In this document: positions 34,565 through 47,800 of the stretch, in pieces
Layout: every line of letters begins with the position of its first letter
Numbering within the stretch: position 1 is the first letter of the stretch
Origin: Nemertoderma westbladi
Taxonomy: Eukaryota; Animalia; Xenacoelomorpha
Direction of reading: 5' to 3'
Assembly (NCBI GenBank): GCA_032718475.1
Contig: JAUCBJ010007683.1
Coordinates: 1 to 53,669 of the forward strand
DNA: 53,669 nt
Position numbers and translations under genes: made by a program
Notes under the pieces: model-generated
What the model was told of the DNA's origin: nothing
Database searches by the model: none
Seen by the model: the letters and a program-made list of their open reading frames with translations, nothing else

Positions 34565-35368
34565 AAGGGAGGGCAAGGGTGGACGGAAGACTCGTGAGCA
34601 TTTCTTGTGAATTTGTGATTTATTTTGAATTATATGTTTTATATTTAGAAAGTTTTGTATTCTGGAAAAGACTTATATTTTGTAAAACTTATATTTAGTA
34701 AGACTTATATTTGTAAGAATTTATATTTTATATTTGTGATTATTCCGAACTTATGCAATTTATATTATTCCGAACTTATGCAATTTATATTGTTCCGAAT
34801 ATTATGCAATTTATATCTTATAAGCAGTATTTGTATTTACAGTGAAACAGAAAGTAAGAGTAGATGGAAGACTCGTGGGCCTTTCTTATAGTTTTATTTG
34901 TAAAGTGTTATATTTTGTATTCAGAAAGTTTTATAGTCAGAAATTTGTGCTCAGAAAGACTCACATTTGTAATTATTCCAAACTTATGCAATCTACATTT
35001 AGGTACGAAAGTATTTGTAATTACTTGAATTTATGCAATATTTGAGATGCAATAGTAGATGGAAGACTCGCGAGCCTTTCTTATTGTTTTCATTTATTTG
35101 TATTTGTAATTGTTTGAATTTATGCAATATTTGTGATGCAATAGATTTATATTGGTGAATTTAATTTAGATTTATATTGTACTTACTTAGTAAAGCCTTA
35201 AATACGTAAAGTTTGAATTTGTAATTATTTTGTATCGAATCATTACGTAAAAAGGAAGTATTGTTTGAAATTTAATTGTAAATATGTAAGTACGCCCTAA
35301 GTATTCTATAGTTTGATTGATTATTGGTGAAAACCGTATATTTTATGCACGATAATATCCTGTTTTCA

Positions 35369-35376
35369 TGGAGCGG
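35369..35376 (+). other. Short PPT-like tract (TGGAGCGG) abutting the 3' LTR
   Basis: Identical in copy 2 (49382-49389); sits at the PPT position. Confidence 0.55.
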
Positions 35377-37277
35377 TATAGAATTATATTCCCTAAATGC
35401 CGTGGATTTTCAAAATTTATTTTTATTCGAATTAACTTTGTAAAGATTGCTTTGAGTTCTCATTCGTATTGGTTCTATCATTTGTACATCTATCGGTCAA
35501 GTGGTTCAGTAGCTCAGTCGGTAGAGCGTTGGAAATTATATCTGTAGTAGGTATTGAGTTCGAATCCTAGTAAGTGCGAATTCTTTTTTGTACAGAATTT
35601 CAACTCATTTAAATTAACCGCTACAAATTAATTGCATTTGTCTGTACCAATGAGACTGTAGTTATTTGATTGTAACCAATGTCGTGCAAGTTATATATTA
35701 GCTGGACCAATAGCTATCTTTAAAACCCCGTTAGAACCCATAGAACAATCGAGAATTTTCTCGATTGATTGCGGCACAAATTTGGTATATAAAGGTGCGA
35801 TTTCGTTCATTAGTTCACCTACTTCAATCTCAATTGCTGATCTACCTTAACTTTCTGTCTTATTTCAGATTACATTGTTTATTGTATAATAGTTATTATA
35901 TCTTTTGTAATAAAAGTCAGAAATACTAGTCACATCTCAGCCCTTTTCTATCTGTTTTATCATGGATTCACTACGGTGAACAAACTCAGGGACAGGATGG
36001 CCGGCTAGAGATCGGGCCGCAGCAATGAACGGGAACATCGGGGGAATGTAGACGAGAGACAACCCGCAATACCATCTAGAGTTATTCGCCCATCGCCTGA
36101 AAGGTTAGACAGCGTTCGATCCTTGCTACCTAAGTGTAAGACCAAAAGATCAAAAAGGTAGACGTAGTGACACGCTGTAAGCCTAAAATTACATCAAAGG
36201 GACTGTACTGTCTTGATTCAGGAAAAACCGCAGTAGACCTTCATATTCCTACGGGGGGGAGAGCGCAGGCAGATACTAGTACGCAGATAGGACGTAGGCA
36301 CACCGGTACGAAGCATACACATTGGTTAGGGTGCAGCAAACTGTACGCTTAACTCTTGCTAAGTACAGGTGCGTCTGTGACTATTTGCCGTACAACGGTG
36401 TCCATTGCATTAGAACTTGTAGGCTAGGGGGGTTGCTGTGTTTTCACCTGAATTAGGATTGTACCGTTCAGGCGGTAGGGCAGTTTACGTACTAGGCGCA
36501 AATAAATTGAGGCTATTAGGGATACTAACATCTACCGTGTCCCCGCCAACGCCCTAATAGGAAGTTACCCGGACTACCTGGGTGACTAAAATTCTAGATA
36601 GGAGCCAGGATAGCTATTAGTACCCGTACGCCTACAGTAGTAAACTAACACATCTCTTCTTAGTATCAGGGACCTGGTACCTAAAATTGCCGAATTCTGG
36701 GCGTAGTATTAACCTTATGCCTGAATTTGAGTCCTGGAAATACGCAAGAGGGGAAGGAACCTTATCATTCGTGAGTATTGGACCTACAAGTTACAAAATT
36801 AGAATATTCGTAAAATGCACACCGTACCCAGTAATTATATATGTGAAGGAGCAAAACTGCTTTTGACCGTTCAGAATTAACACACGCGCGTTAGAAATTA
36901 TTTACACCTCAAAATATATAAAATTAACTTTCGTCCTTACTGCACTTTGCTCGCTAGTTAGACATCTCCAAATATCTGCCTCTGTACCTAGCTAGCGTCC
37001 CTTTGCCCAACCATATAAATCACACCGCGGCAAAGTATACGAGCCTCTTAGTCCGTCAGTGAGTCAGCCTGATTTTAGGATTCGCTGCGCGGGATTTTGT
37101 TTTATCGAAGTTTGTCTGCTCGTAGACTGTTTTCTGCCTCACCGGTTATAAGAGATCGATACTGCAATATATTCGCTTACTTAGAGTTTACTGTTTTGGT
37201 GAGAAGGTCGGATTTATGATTTGATTCACAAACTTTACAGTAGGATATTGCAGGTATTGTTGCTGTCTCTTCAATTA
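35377..37277 (+). repeat. 3' LTR of copy 1
   Basis: Direct repeat of 20145-22045. Confidence 0.95.
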
Positions 37278-38090
37278 CTTGACACAATGAACCCGGCGCA
37301 GCATTATTGTGAAAGTGCCATCCAGAGATTTGGTGTCCTCAGCTGTTAGAGCCCAGCAATGCCAGGATGGACTCCCATATAGAGTACTGGTACTACTTCT
37401 GCCATAAATACTCGAACCAGAGGTTCCGTTTTATTCTATGGGACTTCCAAATCCTGGACAGACTATTTAACGCTGCCCATGCCTTCCCCTTACGTATCCG
37501 AAGGTCTTCACCTGACTTTCTGATCCATGATCCCAAGTAGCAGAAGTCATCCACGTGCTCAAGAAAGCCATCCGTAGAGCTTATGCCCTTACGATTAGAC
37601 ATTTCTTGAGGGCTGTCTAGGTTGACTGTCATGATTTTGGTCTTCTTGGAATTTGCAAAAAGACCAACACTAGAAGCAACCTGCTTCGATGAGCAGAGGA
37701 GCCGTTGGGTTCCCTCTAGTGATTCTGACAGTACCCTTAAGTCATCAGCAAAGTCTAGATCAGTTAGGTACTTTGCTGGATTTCCTCTACTTATTGTGCC
37801 AGTAGCGGGTGTTACCATCACCCCATCTTTATTAAGATGGTCTAAGGACATGCGTAGAACATAATCAACAACCATTACGAATAAGAATGTTGCAAGTGTG
37901 TTACCCTGAATGACTCCCCATAAGACTTCGAATGGATCTGTGTTACAAACAGCAGTAGACACAAATGTGATGGAACCATCGAACAGTGATCTGATAGCTG
38001 CAATAATTTCCTCTGGAATCCCATATGCTGCCGGTATGCTGAAAATACGTGGTCGTATAATAGCCAGTTGTCTGTCTTTCTTTCGGAAAC
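37278..38090 (-). pseudogene. RTE LINE RT fragment, right flank (continuation of 19753-20144)
   Basis: GVIQGNTLATFLFVMVVDYVLR, YLTDLDFADD and FCYLGSWI. Confidence 0.9.
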
Positions 38091-38314
38091 TTTTTAAATA
38101 ATGTTGAATCGACACATTTAAATCGCTCTTTTTAAACAATAATACTTTTTTTTCCCAAATCAAATCTTTTTTAATCCATATTGGTTTTACAGTAGATAAA
38201 TATAAAACTAATTTACATTACCACTGGCTATACCTCTGCAGCAACAAAATTTCACCCCATATGCCTGTAATTTCGCCCCCTATATATTTACTGGGGGGGG
38301 GGGGGGGATTTAAT

Positions 38315-38401
38315 ATTACTATTACTATTACTATTACTATTACTATTACTATTACTATTACTATTACTATTACTATTACTATTACTATTACTATTACTAT
38401 T
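38315..38401 (+). repeat. (ATTACT)n microsatellite at the 5' breakpoint of copy 2
   Basis: ~14 perfect units. Confidence 0.95.
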
Positions 38402-41400
38402 AACCGCTCCGATGTCCCGATTCGAGTTCTACACTCTACAGGTGAGAGTACAAAGCAGAGTACATAAGTCCGTAGATAATCTAATTGGTCTACAAGATCT
38501 AGCTAGACAGAGACAGGATATGGACACACAGTTTAAAATCCTCGAGAAATTAATGATCGCTAGAGAGAAACTGATTCAGTTTAAGACGACGATTAGACAT
38601 AGGCAAACGTATCAGTTATCCCACAAAAGCTTTTACAGAGTCGGTTTCCGACGAGTTATTACAGCCTGAGGAAGAACAGGAACTGTACCGACTGGATGGA
38701 CAATTGAAACATCTGACGGATCACTTACATATGTGCGGCGAAGATGTCGGCGATTTGGAAACCGTGCCGGAATATACGAGGGGAACTTCACCCGTACAAA
38801 TCGAATCCGCACCGGGAATACTGGACCAATCGTTAGTGAGTATTCGCAGCGAAATTGGCGAGGTAAGTATAGTGACGTCAGAAATTTCTAGACAGCAACA
38901 ACAGTACCACAGACAACAACGAGAAATGGAAGAACAAACTCAATTGTTAACTGTACAAGCAGCTGTAGAGGAAGAGAAGCTACGCGTTGCAAATATTGCG
39001 AGAATCTCTCATCTGCAAGAACAAGCCGAGTTGGAAGCGGCTGAGATGGAAAGGTTGGAGCTAGAAATAGCACAAAGAACAGCAGCAGCGGAGTTAGCGC
39101 AACGAGCGGCAGCAGCCGAGTTGGAACGACAAGCGGCAGCGGCTGAGTTGGAACGACAAGCGGCAGCGGCTGAGTTGGAACGACAAGCGGCAGCAGCGGA
39201 GTTAGATGAACAAAGGCAAGTTTCGGAAGCCCGAGCCGAGTTGAAAAAACGACAAATAAAGGCTCAATCAGCTATACGACAAGCGGAGTTCGAGGCGCAA
39301 CAACAACAGACGGAACAACGTGAGAAGGAAGTTAAACTTCATTTCGAACTCGAAAGGAAGGCGAGAGAACTAGCCGAAGCCAAAGAAAATCTGGATCTTC
39401 TAGCCCGCGATCGATAGATGAGATCTCGTGACGGACATGATTTGGACCAGATAGAGGTAAGGCACCGCCAAATTCAGGAACGAATGAAGGAAGGAAGTGT
39501 AGGGGCACCTGGGCGAGAAAGACAATTAGTTAAAGACTTATGTCAAAGATTCCCTCAAGTAACTCCTATGTTTGCACCAGTTACGACTAAGGAACCTGTT
39601 TCGATTGCGGGTAGTAGTAATATTTCTCCTATCCATGGTGCGACGGAACACAGGTTTGTTATTCCGGACAAGTTCATACCGCCAAGAGCAACGTCGTCGC
39701 CTATTCTGAAAGTCAAGGTAAGTAACCCACCGATTACCGATCGTAGTAGTTTATTGACCGGACCTGCACTACTAACGACAAAACAGGTGAGTCCACCTTC
39801 GACACCAAAACCCGTTACGCAATACACATGTGTACACAATGTGCACACACACAATACACCCAATGACGTTTAGGCCTACAAGGCCTTTAGATTCAAACGC
39901 AGTCACTCGACCACCGTTTAATCAGTTTACGTCGCAATCTACGACTTCGAGGAAGACCTGCGAGCCTACCGAACAACGGAGACCAGTGGATACACGACCG
40001 TTTAATCAGTTTACATCGCAATCTACGACTTCGAGGAAGACCTGCGAGCCTACCGAACAACGGAGACCAGTGGATACGCGACCGTTTAACCAGTTTACAT
40101 CGCAATCTACGACTTCGAGGAAGACCTGCGAGCCTACCGAACAACGGAGACCAGTAGACGATGTTCCGAAGCGAAACGTTAGAATTCGGACGACGCAACG
40201 GACATGAGCACATCGACCACCGTATCCAGGCGACAGTAGTACTTCAAGCGAGTCGGATTACCCGGAACGCGAGGTATTTAGAACAGGAGCGGCCGACAAA
40301 TGTAAACGTGAGCGTTCAGATAATTCATTTATCGATAATCCTCCACAAAATACACCAATACAAAAGGCATTACAACCAACAGACGCAATCAGTACACAAC
40401 AATTCGCCGACATTCTGCGACCAGTTGTCAACAAGTTGGCCCAGATCGAGGAACGTTTAGAGGAAGTTCAAACCGATAGTTCGAAAAACACCGAATTCGA
40501 ACACTCTAGACACCCGAACATTCAGCAAAGACCAATACCATCGACAAACACATCGTATCAAAGAAAAGCGCCAAGAAGGGAGAACATCAACCAGGTTGCC
40601 AACCAAGGACGCGAAACTTTGAACGTTGCCGAAGAAATAGCGAAATTCGCAGCTAGACAAGGACTACCGGTGCAACAACCACCTAAGTTTTACGGTAACT
40701 CTAAACATTGGCACACTTTTGTAGACTACATTGAATCTCAGATTGCTGTGTGTGCTTTTACATCGAGAGAAAAATTCAACTACCTGTTACAAACGCTGAC
40801 GGGAGAACCGAAACGTCTAGCGGAGACTTTTGTCGGTGTACCAGATGCCTTCGAATTAGCGTACGATCGCTTAACATCGATTTACGGAGGCACCGTAAGT
40901 ATGGCTAAGTCAGTGATAGAAGAACTCTGTAAGGGGGGGGGCTATTACAAAACCCGTTGACTTACTGAAATTGGCTGACGAGATTAAAAACGCCATTACT
41001 ACACTACGCTCAATTGGACAACTTGACTACGCGAACACTCCTACAGTCCTATTGAAAATAATAGGAAGATTGCACCATCGACTTCGTCGGGAGTGGCGAA
41101 AAATCGAATATCAGCAAGAAGAACGAGGTGGATTCTTGAAGTTGGAAGATGTCTACTTATTGATATCCAGAGAGGCAGTAGTGGAGACTCGTTCAAACTA
41201 CACGGACCAACACATCGTAGCCGAAGGAATCACCCTACCTTCATCAAACAGACAGAAACCACCAACGACATCCACAAAGACGGTCACCTACGCTACACCG
41301 ACCGAAACCCGACAATTTTCAGACGGTAGTAAAGTGTCTGCACCTATAGGGACCAAACAGACCAGACAACAACTAACTGCCGACTTCAGCGGTTGCCAAT

Positions 41401-44290
41401 ATTGCGAACGGATTGGTAAGCGACATACTAGCCACAACTTAAAGGGATGTCGACTATTCTGTGAATTAAACTCAGAGGAACGACGGCTTCAAATAAGACC
41501 GTTAGATTCTTGTTGGCAGTGTACACAACATGGACATGTCCGTAAGGACTGCCCAAATACGGACACCTGTCCTTACTGTGGACGCAACCATGACGGTCTG
41601 CTCCACACGGACAGTCATACGCCGACCAAACGCTTCATAAGGGAACACCCGGAAGCTGCAGCAAAATGCAATAGTGCATATAAAACACGCGAATCGAGAA
41701 CAACACCAACATTCGTGACGCATATTAGGGATTGCTTCTCAGAACAATCCGGATCATCAGATGAAGAGTCGGAAGACGACGACGTTTATTTCGGTACTGG
41801 GGACGAACAACCATCGATTGCACTTCTGACGCCTGATCAACAAAAGGGGTTTAGTGTAATTCCTATTAAGATTACTGGCACAAAAGGGAGTAAAAGGATC
41901 TACGCTATCCTGAATTCAGCCTCATCTCACAGCTACGTGGATGAGAAGGTAGCTGATGTCGTCACAGATCTCAGACAAGGTAAGCACGTAAAGTACACTG
42001 TAAGTAGTATGCATGGACAACGTGCAATACCAGTAACACGAGTTAAGTTAAACTTGGACACTCTTCTTCCGAAATCGCAACATAGCGAAAAGGAGAGGTC
42101 TTTGTTACCCTTTAGGGATTTGACTTTTGCGGCCACCAAGGACTTTAGTAACCTACTGGGTCCAGTGCAGGAACAATCCCTAGAGGACCGTAAGTATTTC
42201 AGACACCTTGGTGTACCTGAATGTCCTGTCAACTATAGGTCGGTAGCAATGCTGATCGGGACGGACCAATTCAATCTACATCAAGTGTGGGAAACCAGAC
42301 CATCGGTAGTCGTAGCGGGAAACGCTTACGCCTGTAGAACTCCGATAGGGTGGTATACTCGAGCGCCTGTGCGCACACTGGATATAAGTGATGAGGAAGA
42401 CGATGTACAAAGTACATGTAGTTTACTAACTACAACTTCGATTCATTCCTTTTCACCTGACATAGACTATACTACACTACGTTCGACAAAACACGACAAC
42501 GTTACAAGTACGACGTGTGTAGCAAATACGATAAGTCACAAAGAGCAGCCAATCCACAAGGTTAGTATAGAGCGTGAGAAGAAGACGAGTCAGGCAGAGG
42601 TTCCATCGACGACAGATGATAACGCCGGAAGGCTTGCGAGTCTATCTACACCAATAACTTTAACGATGCCCGTCGATATCGATGTCGACACATTAAAGAA
42701 TTGTCAAGTGGAACAAGCTGAACTAGACAAAGAGTTAACAGAGAAAACTATCAGATGGTTAGAACAAGATACAGCAGAACCTGGTAGTTATGAACCGTGT
42801 ATGTCGGAACAAGAGAAACAATCTTTGAAGATCATGGAAGATACTATCCGCCAGACGAAAGACGGACATTATGAGGTAGGGATGCTATGGCGTAGCCAAA
42901 GCCCTAAACTTATCAATAATTATCCGCTAGCCTTAAGACGTCTACACTCAATACGACAACGTTTATTAAAGGACGAGAAAGCCCATCTGCAGTATAATAC
43001 TCAGATGGAGACGTATTTGACAAAGGGGTACGCTATCAGGATGACAAACCCAGAGATTGTGACCGACCAGACATACTACTTGCCACATCACTACGTGAGA
43101 CACCCCGACAAACCTGATAAAGTACGCGTAGTTAACAACTGCGCGGCCCTTTTTGAAGGAAGGTCTCTCAACAGTGAGTTGATGGACGGACCAAACATGA
43201 ATAATTATCTCATGGGGGTGATTATGCGCTTCCGTCAGCGCCAAGTAGCATTTACTTGTGACGTAGAAGCGATGTTTCACCAAGTGCGAGCGTTAGAGCG
43301 AGACAGAGACAGTTTGAGGTTCCTCTGGTACCCGGATGGAGACTTAAGTCAACCACCGGCGACTTACCAAATGCAAGTTCGCGTTTTCGGTGCCAGGGAC
43401 AGCCCAAACTGCACTATGTACGCCCTAAACAGACCGCTAGGGATCAGAAACATATGTATGACCCAGAGGTAATCCAGATCGTAGAACGAGACTTTTATGT
43501 AGACGATGGATTACAAAGTTGTGACACAGTAGAACGTGCTATAACAGTAGCACATCAATTACGGGACTGTTTAGCAGGCGGAGGTTTTAACCTCACTAAG
43601 TTTGCCTCAAACAGCACTGAATTGGTAAATTCATTCGAAACGACTGAACGTGGGGGTGGGGACATTGACTTAGAGTTCGAACCACTGCCGACGACCAAGG
43701 TGTTGGGACTATTTTGGGACCCGAACACAGACAACTTTCGAGTGAAAGTAAAACTGGACGCTGAAGGAGATTCTCTGACAAAGAGGTCTTGCTTGTCGAA
43801 ACTAAGCAGACTGTTCGACCCCTTAGGTTTCATCAGCCCAATAATACTGCAAGCACGAATATATATGCGCAGTATTTGGAAAGATGGACTGACATGGGAC
43901 GAACCGATCTCATCCGAACAAGTGGACTTATGGAAGGCTTGGGAGGCGCAATTATCTTCGCTAGAGGATTATTCCATACCCCGGGTGTACTTTCCATTAC
44001 AGACGACATTTCCTGACAACTTAGAATTACATTGTTTTTCCGACGCCAGTGACAATGGCTTTGGTGTGACAGCGTATTTGCGCAGACAAGTAGACTCAGA
44101 TGAGTTTGATGTTTCGCTCATTACTTCTAAGGCTAAAACAATGCCTACTAAGTATATGACGACACCACGCGCTGAGCTACAAGCCGCAACGCTGTCAACG
44201 ACCATTGTAAACCTCATACAGATGGAACTACAGTCAAGTTTACAGATATTTTATTGGACTGACGCGACGTTAGTTTTAGTAGATTTGTAG
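38401..44290 (+). pseudogene. Degenerate gag-pol of copy 2
   Basis: ORF fragments starting at 38412, 38704, 39418, 39830, 40436, 40971 and 43454 match copy-1 Gag-Pol; the protease catalytic D is changed to N. Confidence 0.93.
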
Positions 44291-44828
44291 GTATAAGAAA
44301 TGGAATTCTACTTGGAACTCACAATATTGAGACATTTTCGAAATTTTAGACAATCCATTTGGATTTGAAAAATTTTTAAAATTTTCTCCAGTGAATAGAT
44401 TTCAGGGTACAGTCGGGTGGAACTTAAAATTAGAGAAACAAGAAAGGAAGACTCGCGAGCCTTTCTTAAATTTTAATTAAATTTTACACGGTCTTGTTTC
44501 AATAAGTTACGTCGAATAATAGACTTCCCTATATTTATTACTAACTCTTGATTGCTTATTTTCTGATAATAGTTTGGGATCAAAAAGTGAGTATTTTAGA
44601 CTCACAGCCAGTTTAGCCCAAATTCGTTTTTATTTCGGCAAAAAAAAAAAAATTTTAGATAAGAAGCAGCGTGTCATTAAAGAAACCCTAGATCTTAGGC
44701 TATGGGTAGGAGGTTAGAGCGTTGTCGAGCCAAAAAGGCAGACGAAAACTCTCACATCTCCTCACAACTAACAATAAACTCTGTTGTATTCCCTCTAGTA
44801 GTATGATTATGTAACCATACCTCTAATA

Positions 44829-47800
44829 ATGGCGAAGGGGATACAAGGAGAGCCGAGATGGGGATATGATATCCAAGAGGAAGCAGCAGCGCCATTCGAA
44901 CGATTTGGAGCTAAGGATTACACTATATTTGGAATTAAGGATTTATCAGAAAGTACAGCGAAACTCGCAAAGACCAAATATGACTCGAATGTATTAAAGA
45001 GAAGGCAAAATGCGTTAAATGAAAGAATCGAAAGTTTACGTAAAACCTTCAATGAACTTTACCCGTACGACGCTTTATGTGATACGGGAGATATTAGCGA
45101 AGATCCCGATACCGAAATTAGTCGTTTGTATCTTACTATGCAATACCTAAAGGCACATGAACCTATGCCCGCGGTACGCGATGAATTCGATGGAATGCAT
45201 CTTTACAGACGAACTCGAGGGGACGATAGAGAAACAAAGGAAGCATTTTCAGTTTATAAACTTTATTATCAATGCGGAGCTTGTATGCGCGAACAACGAA
45301 ATGCGATTCCGATGCGTTTGAATAAGGAAAATCCCGAACCGATATTGGCGAGGTGTTCGAACCATCAACAACTACGCTACCAGGAAGGAGGGTATCCTTT
45401 ATCGAATCCATATCATTCATTCGCTATGACTGGACCGAAGGCGGGAGAAATTGTCGTTTACCCACCTAAGGTTGTTGAACCCGATGTATTCGAACTTACG
45501 CTGGACGAGGCGACTCAGTCAACCCGCGAAAAGAAAGAAGCTCTTAGCCTATACAGAGCCTACAAGGCTTTCGAGAAAGGCGAGATGGAAGAATGGGGCG
45601 GAAGACTCGCGAGCCTACCTTACCATTGGACGTCACACGATCAAACTTCAGCTAAGGAGATGACACCGGAAGTTTTCGAGAGTATAAACTTTGCTCAAAA
45701 CGTTATTCAGAGACTACAGATTGCATCCCCGGAAAGGACAAGAGAAATGCAACCGTATAGTACTTCAACTACGAAACCATTGAGTACGACACTCAATTTC
45801 CCTATTAGTATACCAGTTCGACAAGATACAACGTATGAAATACCTATTGTGGATCATCCGGAAATCATTTCGAACTTAGAGTTTCTTCCTGCAGTTGTTC
45901 TAAGCGATATGGTTAAGATATATGATTTACGTAGACATATTACGCAAAAGGTCGTGCATAATGTTCCGCCTAATATTCAAGACTTTAGGGAACTGGATAG
46001 AGCTGGCGCTGATATAGCTCCAAGTAACCTGAAAGGATATTTAACCAAAACAATTCGCTTATGGATTGGAACAGGAACCTTTGAGTCGGATACAGATATC
46101 GCTGCGGACTGGCAAGGTAAAGTCATTCGTTTCGAGGACGAGAAAGACATAGAGAAGATTTGGCAACCTTCGGAAGAATTATTGGACGAATGGAATAGGA
46201 CGTTTAGATCGTTTCAGGAAAACGGTTACATGTTTTATGATAACGAGGGCGGCAGCCATCAGCAGAGTCTAACCTCCAAGACTATACAAATTAGAGCGGC
46301 AGACGGAGTTTTGCACGTTTTCAGTAGACAAAGGAGCGACAAGCGAATGCCGATACCTCCAGGAACTACAAAGCGGCACCATTTCATCACTAATATAGTA
46401 AAGAAAATGGACCAGGCTTGCAATATCGATGCTAGAATGTTACCAAAGACGGTGAGAAATATGATTTTAGATAAAACTGTTGTAAAGATTGGATCAGGAG
46501 TAAGAGAGGACTTAATTAGCGACTTCGCCGGCATGTCGGACAGTGACGACCGATTACCGACACCTTACGTCGACACTCGACCTCTTATACTGTGGTCTAT
46601 AGAACAAGGATACTTCCGTGAGTATGATACTCAGAAAACCGGAACTGGATATATTTCCTACTTGATGTTTAATTGGGATTACAAGGAAAGTAAAAGAACA
46701 AAGTATATCGAAACGTATGGAGAAGGTGATACTCCAGATATAAATGAGTTTGAATCACAGCTCAAATGGAGAGGATGCGTATATTGGGCTATTACTTCAC
46801 CTCCAAGAGCGGTACTACAATATTATTTAGCGATAGAGTCATCAGTGAATGTTTGCTTAGTCGCCGACATTGTGTCTCGGACTCTTAAAAGACATCCACT
46901 TTGCCTCGGAGAAGATCATACATTCTACGCGGAAGGGAGAATTCATACTGATGTGTTTAGACGGTTTCTCGAACCCTTCTACAATTCCGACGCTCAGTGT
47001 AATGCCTTCACTCGAGCAGGATTTAGTATATTTCGAGACGTGTATCTTCGCTGTGCGGGATCTCTTATCGAAAGACCATCTATGTTTACATTGTTACCCT
47101 ATGAAGGAGAACGTATCGTGGAGCTTACGGACGAATCACGGCAGACGCGTGCGCCTATCGGTCACTTAGGTGATGATTTCGAAGTAACGACGGCCATCGA
47201 TGATCCTTTAGAGGAACTTCTTGAGATTGAAAGGAACCTCCCGAAGAAATCTCAGACGGAGATTCGACAATTAGAAGCAACAGATGCTGTAGTTTGCATA
47301 CAACCTTCTGAAACATACCAACCTATTGATCCAGACGATTATGACTATAGTGTGGGAGGAAGCGCTCGACCCATTGGCAATCTTATATATGAGCGAGTGT
47401 GGTACCCTGCTAATACGATGTGTGGTAAATGTGGCGTCGCTGGACATCATTCGACAAAGTGCAGTGGAAAGCACATTACTACGACTCAACTGATTTGTGG
47501 GTGGTGTGGAGATCAAGGGTCCCATACATTTTATACTTGCTGGAGATTTATGGCTCAATGCACCTACTGCAATATAAAGGGACATCGAGCATCTGAATGC
47601 CAACTGAGAGACATACCTTACGAACACGAATCTGTAAAACTCGTGCGAAAACTATTTGATGAGTGGGAAGATTTGGCTGACGAACATGTAGCAGCGCAAA
47701 GAAGACGGTTCCCGATGAGAGCGCATCTTGGATTTTGGGCGGTAAATCCTCAAACTATGATGTCGGAAGGATATATCTCTGCTATGCCGCAATATGACGA

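Larger units (their letters stand above)
20145..37277 (+). mobile_element. Full-length BEL/Pao LTR retrotransposon, copy 1 (17.1 kb), recent insertion into an RTE LINE
   Basis: 1901-bp direct LTRs with ~6 differences by eye; 5-bp TSD CTTGA (20140-20144, 37278-37282); Gag-PR-RT-RH-IN order with BEL-type motifs. Confidence 0.97.
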
